Shown: piece by piece, positions 27,444 through 37,183 of the stretch
Layout of the letters: the number at the start of each line of letters is the position of its first letter
Position numbering within the stretch: position 1 is the stretch's first letter
DNA from: Candidatus Kaiserbacteria bacterium
GTDB lineage: Bacteria; Patescibacteriota; Minisyncoccia; Phycocordibacterales; UBA2100
Reading direction: 5' to 3'
Length of the DNA stretch: 64,000 nucleotides
Assembly: GCA_028286585.1 (NCBI GenBank)
Contig: JAQBRI010000007.1
Location: 18,479 to 82,478, forward strand
Notes under the pieces: generated by a model
Databases searched by the model: none
Told to the model about the DNA's origin: nothing
Seen by the model: only the letters and a program-made list of their open reading frames with translations
Made by a program: the position numbers and the translations under genes

Positions 27444-29310
27444 AGGGAGCGTGTGCTGTCGTTGCGTTATTTGTCGCCGTATTTACACGGTCGCTCTCTT
27501 GTGAGACTGCAAGATCTTGTTTTGCTTTCTTGATAGCCAAAATTTGCGAAGGGTCCGAGGTAATGATTTGGTCTTCGGTATAACTTGCAATAACTTTGAG
27601 TGCGACATGTTTGAGTCCAGCAAAGAAGATCCCCTCCCCTACATCACTTTCGAGCAAAAGATATTTTTCCTCATCAGAAAGCTTGAACGTTTGCTGCACA
27701 AGATCAACGGATGTTGGTGACTGGCGAAGCAGTAATTGAATGGATGAGTTAGTGATCATCGGCACGCCATAAGGTGAATTGAGAAAGTCGGACACGTCCT
27801 GCGTTATAGTGGACACACCGAGGTAATATTTACGACCGCGTTTAATAATGCCAAACAAAAACGAAGCAGTGTCTTCACTGCGCATCATCCACCAGGCCTC
27901 ATCGATAATAAGAAGTCGTTTACGCAATTCTTTGCGCACTGTATTCCAAATATGGTGCGTAATGATGTACATGGCAACAGGCTTGAGGTCGTCTTCCATG
28001 TCCCGCACGCTAAATACGACAAGACGCTTGTTCATGTCAACGTTTGTTGGCCTGTTCATAAAGCCAGACCAGGTACCTTTTGTATATTTTGAGAGTCGTG
28101 CGACGAGCGAGTCACTCCCTTCCATGCCCGAAAGCACCAATTCAAAGTCCGAAAGTAGCGGTGGTTCAACCTGTGCAAAATTTGCATCGGCCGTAATGTC
28201 CTTCAGGGCATACGTTTCAGTAATAGCTCGATCAATTACAGCATCTTCTTCTGGAGTGAGTCCGCCAAGCATGATGCGGAACAATCCGACGAGCGTAATG
28301 ATGTTGTTGCGAAGAATATCAGAAGGATTTTCGTCTTCTCGCGGAATTGGAAGATCAAATGGATTGATGTGGTGTTCTGACGAAAGAGAGATATTAAAAT
28401 ATCGGCCGCCGACTGTTTCTGCAAGGTATTCGTATTCCCGCTCAGGGTCGATCACAATAACCTCGGTATCAAACATGAGACTTCGCAAAATCTCTAATTT
28501 TGTTGTGTAGGATTTACCAGCACCCGATTTTGCAAATGTTACCGAGTTATAATTTTCGAGCGAAAAACGATCAAACAGAATGAGTGATGAGTTATGGCGG
28601 TTGATTCCGTACAAAATACCGCGATCCGAAGTAAGGTCAAATGAAATAAATGGAAAAATAGAAGAAAGTGGCGCGGAATTCAGCTTTGTGTGGACTGCGA
28701 GCTCGTCAGTTCCAATTGGTAGCACCGAACGAAATCCCTGTTCCTGCTGAAAGAGCGCCGGTCGAATATAGACAAGTCTCGATTCGAGAATTCCGCGTAC
28801 CTCAGTCTCGATTTTATCCAATTCTTCGTGGGTTTTTCCATACACAGTGAGATAAATTCCCACATCAAACATACGTTCCTGCGCTTGCTGCAAGGAATCA
28901 CGAAGCTGCTCGAGGTCACTATAGCCGGTATCAAGCATTGGGTCCCGCACCATTCCCTTTTCTTCGCGAGTAGCAATTTGTGACTGGACTTCGGCAACCT
29001 TTTTTTGAAACTTGCGAAGCATTTCATTGGTATCGAGCGGATGGATAAAGATAGAAATATCCAACACCTTGTCCATGTTGATAATCGGTGCAAACCAGCC
29101 AGTTGTAAGAAATCGAGGATATGAAATAACAAAAAATGTGCGCGCGATTTTTTCTCCAAGATCAAGTTCGCGTGAATCAACGCGGAGTGCGTGCGGTGCA
29201 ATAACATCCTGCAAATTTAATACTCCCGAGCGATAGATTTCATCAGGCAAGACCGGAAGAACCGACGGTGCCGGTTCTTTTGTTCCAGTTAAAAAATCAA
29301 AAAGTGCCAT
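27376..29310 (-). CDS. VirB4/TrbE/CagE-family T4SS ATPase, C-terminal ATPase portion
   Basis: Walker A FAKSGAGKSYTTK, Walker B LLIIDEAWWMM, conserved VirB4 C-terminal motifs. Confidence 0.8.
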   Translation of the reverse strand: MALFDFLTGTKEPAPSVLPVLPDEIYRSGVLNLQDVIAPHALRVDSRELDLGEKIARTFFVISYPRFLTTGWFAPIINMDKVLDISIFIHPLDTNEMLRKFQKKVAEVQSQIATREEKGMVRDPMLDTGYSDLEQLRDSLQQAQERMFDVGIYLTVYGKTHEELDKIETEVRGILESRLVYIRPALFQQEQGFRSVLPIGTDELAVHTKLNSAPLSSIFPFISFDLTSDRGILYGINRHNSSLILFDRFSLENYNSVTFAKSGAGKSYTTKLEILRSLMFDTEVIVIDPEREYEYLAETVGGRYFNISLSSEHHINPFDLPIPREDENPSDILRNNIITLVGLFRIMLGGLTPEEDAVIDRAITETYALKDITADANFAQVEPPLLSDFELVLSGMEGSDSLVARLSKYTKGTWSGFMNRPTNVDMNKRLVVFSVRDMEDDLKPVAMYIITHHIWNTVRKELRKRLLIIDEAWWMMRSEDTASFLFGIIKRGRKYYLGVSTITQDVSDFLNSPYGVPMITNSSIQLLLRQSPTSVDLVQQTFKLSDEEKYLLLESDVGEGIFFAGLKHVALKVIASYTEDQIITSDPSQILAIKKAKQDLAVSQESDRVNTATNNATTAHAPYAPGEDTAPVASSLNSSSLHGE

Positions 29311-29315
29311 AAGTA

Positions 29316-29969
29316 TTATTGTGAATCAAGCGGCATTGGTTTGCCTTCTTCGCCCGGATTAAATAGTTTGTATAACAATTCAATCGCCTCCTCGGTACCT
29401 AATTGTACAGTACGTACTCCCGTTCGAGTAAGTCCCTGCTGAACAATTGAGACACGCTGTTCAAGCTGCGACACTTGTTCTTCAAATGTTCGGCTTACTT
29501 CTGTTGCAGTCTGTTTTTTTCCAAAAGATAAGAATGATTTACCGCCTGAACCAATAGGCGCTGTCGGTGAATATGGAATGACTACAAAAAAGTTCTTTGT
29601 CATAATGCTTGCTGCTTCGGTAAAGCTTTTGATGAATTCAATGTATTCTCGGATTTGAGTGCGCATCAGGTCGTCGATTTGGTTTTTGTAGGCTACTTCG
29701 AGCGTTGCGATGTAGGGACGAATATCAAGCATACGAGACTCGATGAATATTTGTACCGAAAAATCAAGAGAGTTAAGAAAGTTTTGAAATTGAACAATGA
29801 AAGCCGTCTGCTCATCCTCGGATTTGAGTGCAAAGTTAATGGAAGACGCTAGCAGGATTGCACGCAGTGACGAGTCTTTGAGTACGACGACTCCATCACG
29901 TACCTCATTAATGGGCACAAAGTCTTGTGTTGAGGCGGATTTAACTTTTGTATTCATTGTTGAAGGCAT
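29316..29969 (-). CDS. VirB4-family N-terminal domain encoded as a separate ORF
   Basis: VPINEVRDGVVVLKDSSLRAILLASSINF... resembles the VirB4/TrbE N-terminal domain; separated from the ATPase ORF by 5 nt and a frame change. Confidence 0.5.
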   Translation of the reverse strand: MPSTMNTKVKSASTQDFVPINEVRDGVVVLKDSSLRAILLASSINFALKSEDEQTAFIVQFQNFLNSLDFSVQIFIESRMLDIRPYIATLEVAYKNQIDDLMRTQIREYIEFIKSFTEAASIMTKNFFVVIPYSPTAPIGSGGKSFLSFGKKQTATEVSRTFEEQVSQLEQRVSIVQQGLTRTGVRTVQLGTEEAIELLYKLFNPGEEGKPMPLDSQ

Positions 29970-29978
29970 AGGTAAAGA

Positions 29979-30494
29979 TTATTCGGCAACTTTTCGTGAA
30001 CCAGGCCCGATAGCATCGCGTGCAGTTCGAATCGCAAACACTCCCCCGCCCTGCACCCGATCATCATCGCTTGCAGCGCCCGAGGCAATACGTTCCTTGA
30101 TATCAAGCGACCATGCAAGATCGTGAATCTTACTTTCGGTAAGTTTGGGAACGTAGAGTGTCGGATCGTTCGAAAGCGTTCGCTCAAGCTCGTTTGGAGA
30201 TATTGGTTTTGTCGGGCGCGTATTACTCCACAAATACAGGCGTGGATGAATAAAATAGTAAAATACGCTTTCGAGCCAAACAATAAATGATCTGCCGTTT
30301 ACTTGAGCAAAAGCAAGTGCAGCCGCAAGTCCAACCATCCCTATTGCAAGCGGTATAGCCAAAAAAACAGGAAAGATACGATACAAAATATATGAAAGTC
30401 CGAGTCCTCCAGCCATCCATATAAATTGCCGAAATGTAAATGGACCAAAAATTTTGTCTTCCACTTCAATAAACTGTGGCACTTGAAACTGCAT
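29979..30494 (-). CDS. PrgI/VirB3-like small T4SS membrane protein
   Basis: EVEDKIFGPFTFRQFIWMAGGLG followed by two TM helices, position immediately upstream of VirB4. Confidence 0.5.
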   Translation of the reverse strand: MQFQVPQFIEVEDKIFGPFTFRQFIWMAGGLGLSYILYRIFPVFLAIPLAIGMVGLAAALAFAQVNGRSFIVWLESVFYYFIHPRLYLWSNTRPTKPISPNELERTLSNDPTLYVPKLTESKIHDLAWSLDIKERIASGAASDDDRVQGGGVFAIRTARDAIGPGSRKVAE

Positions 30495-30574
30495 GTCTAT
30501 AGTATAGCAGGCAGAAACAGTTACACATGTAAATGCATGTGTATTTTTTATATAACTGCAAATTATATAAGTAT

Positions 30575-31174
30575 TTAGACCGGCTGTTCGCGATACGGGT
30601 CTCCTACAACATCTTTTCGTTCGTGACTCGCAGTATTCGTGTAGTTGGGATGTGCATCACTTCGTACGGCTTGCGTTACCGGTGCTTCTGGAATCGGCGC
30701 AAGCGGTGCAGGTTTTACAAATGGCACAACAACTGGCTGTGGAGCGGTGGTTTGTATTGACAGCATGTCAGATGGAGCGTTTTTAGGGTTATCTGATGAG
30801 AGTGAGGACTCGAGTTCGGTGCGAATTGGCTCAAAAACAATGCGAGAAATGTCCGCGGCCAATAAAACTGCAGCCTCATGATCCATTTTGACCTCGCGTT
30901 CAATGTTTGCTGCGAGGTTTTCTGGCTTATCAAGCCCTAAAAGGGTCATCATTACCTCGTTTTCCAAAAGTTCCCACTGATCGAGATGCAGTTTGTGCGT
31001 CTTTGAAAGATCCCGTAGATGAGCCTCAATATCCGCCGATGTTATAGCATCTTGCACGACTTGGGGTAATGCAGCTATTCGGGCATCAAGTTCTTGTTGT
31101 AATGTGTCTTGTTCCATATGTTTAAGTTCCATCTTCCTTTGGAGGAGTATATCTTCGTCCAGAAGCTTGAGCAC
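30575..31174 (-). CDS. acidic cytoplasmic protein, unknown function (T4SS-like operon)
   Basis: Glu/Asp/Leu-rich helical N-half, Pro-rich C-terminus; no TM. Confidence 0.4.
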   Translation of the reverse strand: MLKLLDEDILLQRKMELKHMEQDTLQQELDARIAALPQVVQDAITSADIEAHLRDLSKTHKLHLDQWELLENEVMMTLLGLDKPENLAANIEREVKMDHEAAVLLAADISRIVFEPIRTELESSLSSDNPKNAPSDMLSIQTTAPQPVVVPFVKPAPLAPIPEAPVTQAVRSDAHPNYTNTASHERKDVVGDPYREQPV

Positions 31175-33671
31175 GTTCCTTCAATTTTTCTTCGTCTGTG
31201 CGTTGCTTCGAGAATTTACGAGTTGCGGACTTGATCATATCTTTTGTTTCAGTGTGATGAGTTCTCATTCTTTCACGCATTCTTTCCGTTATAGATCCTG
31301 TTGCAAGACCTGGATCATCCGGATTATTTGAAATCTTATCAACCTCCTCATTAATCAGATGATCACTTACCCTACTCTGCAAAGATTCCGCCTCCTTGAT
31401 TGCGTCGGTACGTACCGTCTCTCCCTTTTTGTCGTGTTCAGCAAGCTTCTTTCCAGAGTCATTGTATCTCGCCTTGAGTGAATCCATAGGTGCGCCAATA
31501 GTTGTATCCAGTTTTTGATGGAATGAGATAAGTGATTTTGTGGCAGACTCGATTTTTGCATCTTGCTGTTTAATCTGCTGTTGACGGGTGGCCTTAGCAG
31601 CTTCCATACGCATTGATGCAATCGATGCGGCCGCCTCATCTTTGTTGGCTTGAGCAAGGTTATAATCTTGCTCAGCACTTTTGCGCTCCGTATCGATCGC
31701 ATTGAGCGCAGTAGCTTTTTCGTTTGTAGCAATAACGACAGCATTCTTAAGATTATCAAACTGAGCACCCTCACCGGTTGAATCAGCAGCTGCTTTGCGC
31801 ATATTTTCAATATCCTGTGAAGCCCTTGTTCGCTCTGCCGCAATTGCGTCACGCTCCCTATCATGGTCAGCGGCCTTTGTATCCGCATACTCTTTCTTTT
31901 CGTCGTTGCTCATTTTTGCAACCTTAGAACGTTCATCTATATCCTTACCAGTACGTTGAACTTTGCCATAAAATCCATCTTTCTTGTCTTTACTAGTTTG
32001 CCCAGCCCCCTCACGTCCAAGTAGTTTCGCACCACTTTGGCCGAGTTTTGTATCCATAAAGTTATAACTTCTTTTAGATTTTGTATCTGCAGCTGCCTTG
32101 AGTTTCTCAAGTTCCGCAAGACGTTCGTTTTTTTGTTTGAATGCTGCAGAATTTTGATCAAGATTTGCCATTTGAAAGCGGAGACTTTTCTGTTCATTTT
32201 CATGAGCAACTTTTTCTTTGAGCGCGTTTCTACCCGCATAGTTTTGCAAACCTCTTGCAGCTAATCCGGATCCTCCGGCAAGACCAAATGCACCTGCAAC
32301 TCCAAGAGCCTTTCCTGCAAAGTCACCAATACCACTCATGGCACCACCACCGTTTGTTGCGAGAATGCGAGACATTTTAAAAGAAACTAAAAGAAGTCCT
32401 GTTACTAATAGGTATGTAAACAAGACTGTCCAAGGTTGTACGCCTGCAGCGGCGTCCGGCGGAGCTGCGGCTGGATTAATTAAGTTTCCCAGACTAAGCG
32501 TGTTTTGAGAGACACCCGACAAAAGTTTGAGCGATATAGCAAGCATTAACATCAAAATTGGTCCAAAAATAGCATTATTAATCAATGTTTTCCACCACAT
32601 GTCCCATCCAAAATGACTGTTTGAAAGTGCTGGGTGCAAATAGGTGGCAAAAGCAATTGCCGAAGTTAGCATTACCAGAATTAACATGAGAAATCGCAAA
32701 AAAAGCAGGTAGCAGCCATAAAAAAGGACCACTGCAATACCGAATAATAATATTCCCGCAAAAAGTCCATAAATAAATCTAAAACCAAGATCAGCTGCCC
32801 CCCCAGGGTTTGAAGTTGAGCTTGCAGCTTTATTGATAACCCCTGCTGAATCAGTCCATATACTCGTGATACCGAGGGGTTTTAAAAATGATGCAGCGAT
32901 ATCTTTTTGATCACTCGAAACTCCTGCATCATAAAATTTAACTGCGGTTAAATTTGATGCATCAATAATAAGCTTTGCAAACAGCAGACTAAAATTAATC
33001 AATACAGCAATAACAATGACTCGTGCGATCATCTTCTTGTCACCAAATTCTTTTAGTCCCAAAATAATGCTTATCGCTATAAATGCGAACAGGCCAATGA
33101 TAACAATGTTTGAAAGATCACGGAAAACAGTCCAAATGGTAGGTATTAATCCTTTTAATCCGAACAAATCCATACCTTTTCCAAAGTCTGTAACTGCTAA
33201 ACTTAGTAACGCATCAAAAAATGTCCCGGCCAGCCGCAGACAGAGGGCCCCAAGCATTATAAAAAGTGAAGAAATGAAAGTTATTGTAGGGCTCAAGACA
33301 CACTCATTAAAATCAAAATCGACACCAGTTACCCCAACGCTACAGGTAGAAGGAGAGGCAGGGGTTTTGGTCGTATTACCGGCCGTATCGGTGCGCGTCT
33401 TAGTAAGACTATTGTCTTCAGAAAGGAGATTTTGACTTTGGTCAAACCACAAAACACTAGCGTTTGTGGTGCCACAACCAAACTGCGCATTTTGTGGAGC
33501 CTGTGCAAAAAAAGCAGTGCTACCGGCACTGCCTCTTGCGATAACTGTGCCGGCCTCACAACTGTCAGAAACGTTTAAAGCGTGGAGTGTGAATGGAGAA
33601 AATAGAGAAAAAATTACAACAAGAGCAAGAAAAACAAACTGGTATTTTATTTGGAATAAAATAGTACTCAT
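31122..33671 (-). CDS. VirB6/TrbL-like polytopic membrane protein with long Lys/Glu-rich coiled-coil C-terminal extension
   Basis: Signal/TM N-terminus, about 6-7 TM helices in residues about 170-450, then about 380 aa charged coiled coil (KEKVAHENEQKSLRF...). Confidence 0.45.
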   Translation of the reverse strand: MSTILFQIKYQFVFLALVVIFSLFSPFTLHALNVSDSCEAGTVIARGSAGSTAFFAQAPQNAQFGCGTTNASVLWFDQSQNLLSEDNSLTKTRTDTAGNTTKTPASPSTCSVGVTGVDFDFNECVLSPTITFISSLFIMLGALCLRLAGTFFDALLSLAVTDFGKGMDLFGLKGLIPTIWTVFRDLSNIVIIGLFAFIAISIILGLKEFGDKKMIARVIVIAVLINFSLLFAKLIIDASNLTAVKFYDAGVSSDQKDIAASFLKPLGITSIWTDSAGVINKAASSTSNPGGAADLGFRFIYGLFAGILLFGIAVVLFYGCYLLFLRFLMLILVMLTSAIAFATYLHPALSNSHFGWDMWWKTLINNAIFGPILMLMLAISLKLLSGVSQNTLSLGNLINPAAAPPDAAAGVQPWTVLFTYLLVTGLLLVSFKMSRILATNGGGAMSGIGDFAGKALGVAGAFGLAGGSGLAARGLQNYAGRNALKEKVAHENEQKSLRFQMANLDQNSAAFKQKNERLAELEKLKAAADTKSKRSYNFMDTKLGQSGAKLLGREGAGQTSKDKKDGFYGKVQRTGKDIDERSKVAKMSNDEKKEYADTKAADHDRERDAIAAERTRASQDIENMRKAAADSTGEGAQFDNLKNAVVIATNEKATALNAIDTERKSAEQDYNLAQANKDEAAASIASMRMEAAKATRQQQIKQQDAKIESATKSLISFHQKLDTTIGAPMDSLKARYNDSGKKLAEHDKKGETVRTDAIKEAESLQSRVSDHLINEEVDKISNNPDDPGLATGSITERMRERMRTHHTETKDMIKSATRKFSKQRTDEEKLKERAQASGRRYTPPKEDGT

Positions 33672-33672
33672 A

Positions 33673-35322
33673 TTATTTCCACGCGTTTTGCCACATGGTT
33701 ATTGTTGCAGGGTTGTTGACGTTGCACCAGCCTGAATTTGGGTCATTTGGGTTTGCAGGATTTGGCGCCCCGTCGCCCCATGTCTGCTGAAGTGTTCCAG
33801 GATTTCCGGGTGTGCCAAGGAATACCGCCAGTTGATTTACAATTCCCTGTTTGGTTGGAGTGAGTGCGTCGATATCTGTCTGATTATGAAAGGCGTTTTG
33901 GGCAACGAGCTGGTTAAATTGTGCTATTGCCTGCGCTTGTGCAGTATTTGACGAAGTGTTTGCAACGCTCGCGATGAGTCTGTCGATATTTGTAAGAGCA
34001 GACTGCGATTTGGACAATCCTGTCGTTACTGCTGTTGCGTATGGTTGTATTTGTGCCGCAATGACAGCTTGAGATGCTGTAGTTGTTGTTGCAATATGCA
34101 GTGTTGTTCCTCCTGATGTGGTGCAAGTCGCACCTGCTGCCGTGTAATTTGGTGCGCCAGAGCAGGCAGCAGCAATAATGCCGGTCCAGCAAGCATTTTC
34201 GGTACCGCGTACCTGTCCTATCGCCTGAGTCAACAGATCGGCGATTCCAGCGAGTACGTTATAATATGCGGCTTCTACCTGACGGGCAGTGCTTAGAGTT
34301 TGAAGTGCGATATTTGTAACGGTACTAATTACACCTTGCGTCGCGTTTTTAGAAACTTGGTCAAAGTATGATGGTTGGCCGCCACTGTTCGAACCAAGTG
34401 CCGAGAGCCCGCCACTGTTTTGAAGTATTTGATTACCCATACCGGTAAAGAGTGCGCTGACCATCTGTCCAATATCGTTGGCGCTTTCGGTTTGTCTGAA
34501 CCCCGATGTAAGTGCCTGTTGTGCTATTGCATTTACAACAGAAGCTGGAGTAACTGTGCGTGTTATTCCGTCAGCGCCAACTTCAGTTTGTGGATAGGTG
34601 CCTTGTCCCCAACTGAGCTGAGTCATCATATTGTTGTATGCATTATTTGTATCCTCCTGCAGGTGTTCTTGTGCTATTTCATATGCACCAAGCGGATAAC
34701 AGGCCGGGTTACTTGTGAATGTTCCAAGAGCATCAAACAATGGAGTTGTTGCTGTCACGGGGTTTGGACACCGAAGATCAGCATATGGATTATCCGTTTG
34801 AGCAATCCACGATTGCGCAAGTGACCGGGTAACAGCGCTGCTGAATGCTGGCGCCATAGTGGACTGAGCAGTTTGAAGAGATTTGACAGCGGTAGTGTTC
34901 TGAACAGTGACCCCTTCTTGTTGGTAGTTTTGTGAAAACATCGGGGTCCCGTCACGACCTGTAAGATAACTACGTGAAGTTTGGTTTGTTGTGTCTGCAA
35001 TCGCCTTTTCTCGAAGTCTATCAACGAGAGGTCGGAGCTGACACGCTACATAGACCAAATAACCTGTGTTTAGGGTCACTGCTGCGTCACTTACCGGCAC
35101 ATATACAGATGAACGTGCAGAAAAAGCACCTACACTTTGTCCATATGCCGCAGTTTGATTACAGCTCAGGATACCATCATTGGAAACTGTTGGCGGAGGA
35201 GCGGATGTTGCCGCAGCATCACTCGTTGCTATCTGCTGGCTTTCTGTTGTTACTTGAGCCAATACGATAACTGGAAGCAGCGCCGCGACGATAATGGTTG
35301 AAATGTAGGTTGAGTAGTTCAT
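33673..35322 (-). CDS. secreted Thr/Ala/Gln-rich protein, unknown function
   Basis: Signal/TM anchor from Met at 35322 (MNYSTYISTIIVAALLPVIVLAQ). Confidence 0.5.
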   Translation of the reverse strand: MNYSTYISTIIVAALLPVIVLAQVTTESQQIATSDAAATSAPPPTVSNDGILSCNQTAAYGQSVGAFSARSSVYVPVSDAAVTLNTGYLVYVACQLRPLVDRLREKAIADTTNQTSRSYLTGRDGTPMFSQNYQQEGVTVQNTTAVKSLQTAQSTMAPAFSSAVTRSLAQSWIAQTDNPYADLRCPNPVTATTPLFDALGTFTSNPACYPLGAYEIAQEHLQEDTNNAYNNMMTQLSWGQGTYPQTEVGADGITRTVTPASVVNAIAQQALTSGFRQTESANDIGQMVSALFTGMGNQILQNSGGLSALGSNSGGQPSYFDQVSKNATQGVISTVTNIALQTLSTARQVEAAYYNVLAGIADLLTQAIGQVRGTENACWTGIIAAACSGAPNYTAAGATCTTSGGTTLHIATTTTASQAVIAAQIQPYATAVTTGLSKSQSALTNIDRLIASVANTSSNTAQAQAIAQFNQLVAQNAFHNQTDIDALTPTKQGIVNQLAVFLGTPGNPGTLQQTWGDGAPNPANPNDPNSGWCNVNNPATITMWQNAWK

Positions 35323-35323
35323 T

Positions 35324-36097
35324 TTATTTTTTGGCCGAAGCGTTCTTTCTCGCAATGTACTGTCCAATCGCATCAAAAGAAGAAACTACATCGTTTTGAG
35401 CTTGTGTATACACTTGCAGTGCTGCTGCAGAACCTATCGGATCTTGTGCTTGAGCAATCATCAAATTAAGTGTAGCCGCAAATTCTCGCATGGCATTTAC
35501 GATACCCACATGTTCCGAAGTTGCATCGGTCGGTACTGTAATTGTTATTGTGTTGGATGCCGCAAGAGAATAGTTGGCCGATGCATCTTTGAGTTGTTGT
35601 AAATACGTAGGATCTTGGGTTTGTGTATACAAAGAAAATAGTCCGACTTCGGATTGCGTATTTGCAAGAAGCGGCTTAAGAGCTGCTTGAAGCGCCGAAC
35701 GATACACAAGCATGCGCGCATACGAAGTGTCCGTGTCTGTTTTTATATTACTGTACTGCGCGATTTGATATGTGACAGTCGGTTTGAGGCTGCTTCCTAA
35801 GTTCGCAGCAACCGATTGAGCTGTCGAAGTTGAATATGAGCCTGACTGAATCAAGGCCGAATATGATGCGATAAGCTGATTCATCACCTGTACTCCTACT
35901 GGAGTGGTGCTCGCCTGATTAAATGCAGCGTTTTGGGCATTTATTGTAGTGCCGTTTGTTTGATTTCCTGCGTTTACAATGACGCTACTTACCGGGATGC
36001 GGAAAACACTCCAGACGAGAACGGCGACTAATACGATAACAGCTCCTATCGCTGTTGTGCGTATGGAAAATCCTTGATTTTTTGTAGCAGTATCCAC
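35324..36097 (-). CDS. N-terminally anchored extracellular protein, unknown function
   Basis: TM anchor TAIGAVIVLVAVLVWSVF; Ala/Ser/Gln-rich. Confidence 0.5.
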   Translation of the reverse strand: MDTATKNQGFSIRTTAIGAVIVLVAVLVWSVFRIPVSSVIVNAGNQTNGTTINAQNAAFNQASTTPVGVQVMNQLIASYSALIQSGSYSTSTAQSVAANLGSSLKPTVTYQIAQYSNIKTDTDTSYARMLVYRSALQAALKPLLANTQSEVGLFSLYTQTQDPTYLQQLKDASANYSLAASNTITITVPTDATSEHVGIVNAMREFAATLNLMIAQAQDPIGSAAALQVYTQAQNDVVSSFDAIGQYIARKNASAKK

Positions 36098-36171
36098 GCT
36101 AATAGTATAGCACCAGAAAAAAGAATTTTGATACAGTAATTCGCACGTTTTAGTCTTTTTTGTAGAGCTAT

Positions 36172-37086
36172 TTACAATCCCCCGCTGCCGCCCGAGAAAG
36201 TAAACACACTTCCAGGATCAGTTTGTGAAAACGACACTTCATTTAATGAAAATACGAGCGCAATGCCTACAAACGCATGGGTAAATGTATCGGTTGTTGC
36301 GTTATATGTTTTTAGTGCGGCAATATAATCAGCGTCTCTTTGAGACTGCGCCTGTGCCGTTTTTATAAGAGATGTGCCGACAGTCTTGTAGCTTTGTGCA
36401 AGTGCAGATCCGGAAGGTTTAATCGTCTTTGGAGCTGTATCTACCGAGGCGATGTTATTGCCAAGTTCAATCATATCTCTACCGATTTTTTCGACAGCAG
36501 CTTCCTTGGCGGAGTCTTGTCTGTCATTAACTGCACCCGTAATAATCTGTACTACTGATTGATGTGTCGCCTCATATCCTTGTATCATTGATCCAATTTC
36601 GTTCCCATATTGATATAAGGCATCCTGTGTCCCCGATCGTGATGGTGCACTCGAGGTACTCACTAGACCAGATGGAATGTAGCTCCATACATTTATGTCG
36701 CCTACCGAAGAACTGGTAGTCTGTGTTTTTGGCTTTGTTCCTGCCGGCAATGATATTGATTGCAGTAGAGCGTCAAGATTGTCGGTCGTTACTGCTGTGT
36801 AACTTCCCTGAAGTGCGCTACCAGTATTGTTTCCAGTCGAGTTGGTGGTGTAAGGAAGCGTTTGAGTTGCGTATGCTTGTGAAGGCGTAGTTTGAGGTGT
36901 TGGAACCGGATTTGTGGCTGCCGAAATCTGGCCATTAGTACTTGGTGAATTTGGATTCCATGCCTGTTCACTGACATACGCGGGATACGAAGCACGATTT
37001 TGCACGAGGATTGCTCCAAGTATGAGTAGGGCACCAGCTATTATGGATCCTACAATTAATGGATGTTCACGCATTCGTTCGATCAT
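36172..37086 (-). CDS. N-terminally anchored extracellular protein, unknown function (first gene of the block)
   Basis: TM anchor LIVGSIIAGALLILGAILV. Confidence 0.5.
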   Translation of the reverse strand: MIERMREHPLIVGSIIAGALLILGAILVQNRASYPAYVSEQAWNPNSPSTNGQISAATNPVPTPQTTPSQAYATQTLPYTTNSTGNNTGSALQGSYTAVTTDNLDALLQSISLPAGTKPKTQTTSSSVGDINVWSYIPSGLVSTSSAPSRSGTQDALYQYGNEIGSMIQGYEATHQSVVQIITGAVNDRQDSAKEAAVEKIGRDMIELGNNIASVDTAPKTIKPSGSALAQSYKTVGTSLIKTAQAQSQRDADYIAALKTYNATTDTFTHAFVGIALVFSLNEVSFSQTDPGSVFTFSGGSGGL

Positions 37087-37183
37087 GTCATAAATAGTAG
37101 CATGGCTTTGAAGTGAGCAGTCCTATTCCATTTCTATTAGTGAGTGTATGTCGCCGTATGCATCCAAAAAGGCGCTATACTGT

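Noticed and set aside
31367-32239. Minus-strand ORFs rich in Lys/Arg/Leu (31367-31888, 31937-32239)
   Set aside because: Alternative frames of the coiled-coil-encoding 3-prime half of the VirB6-like gene; purine-rich repeats produce open frames
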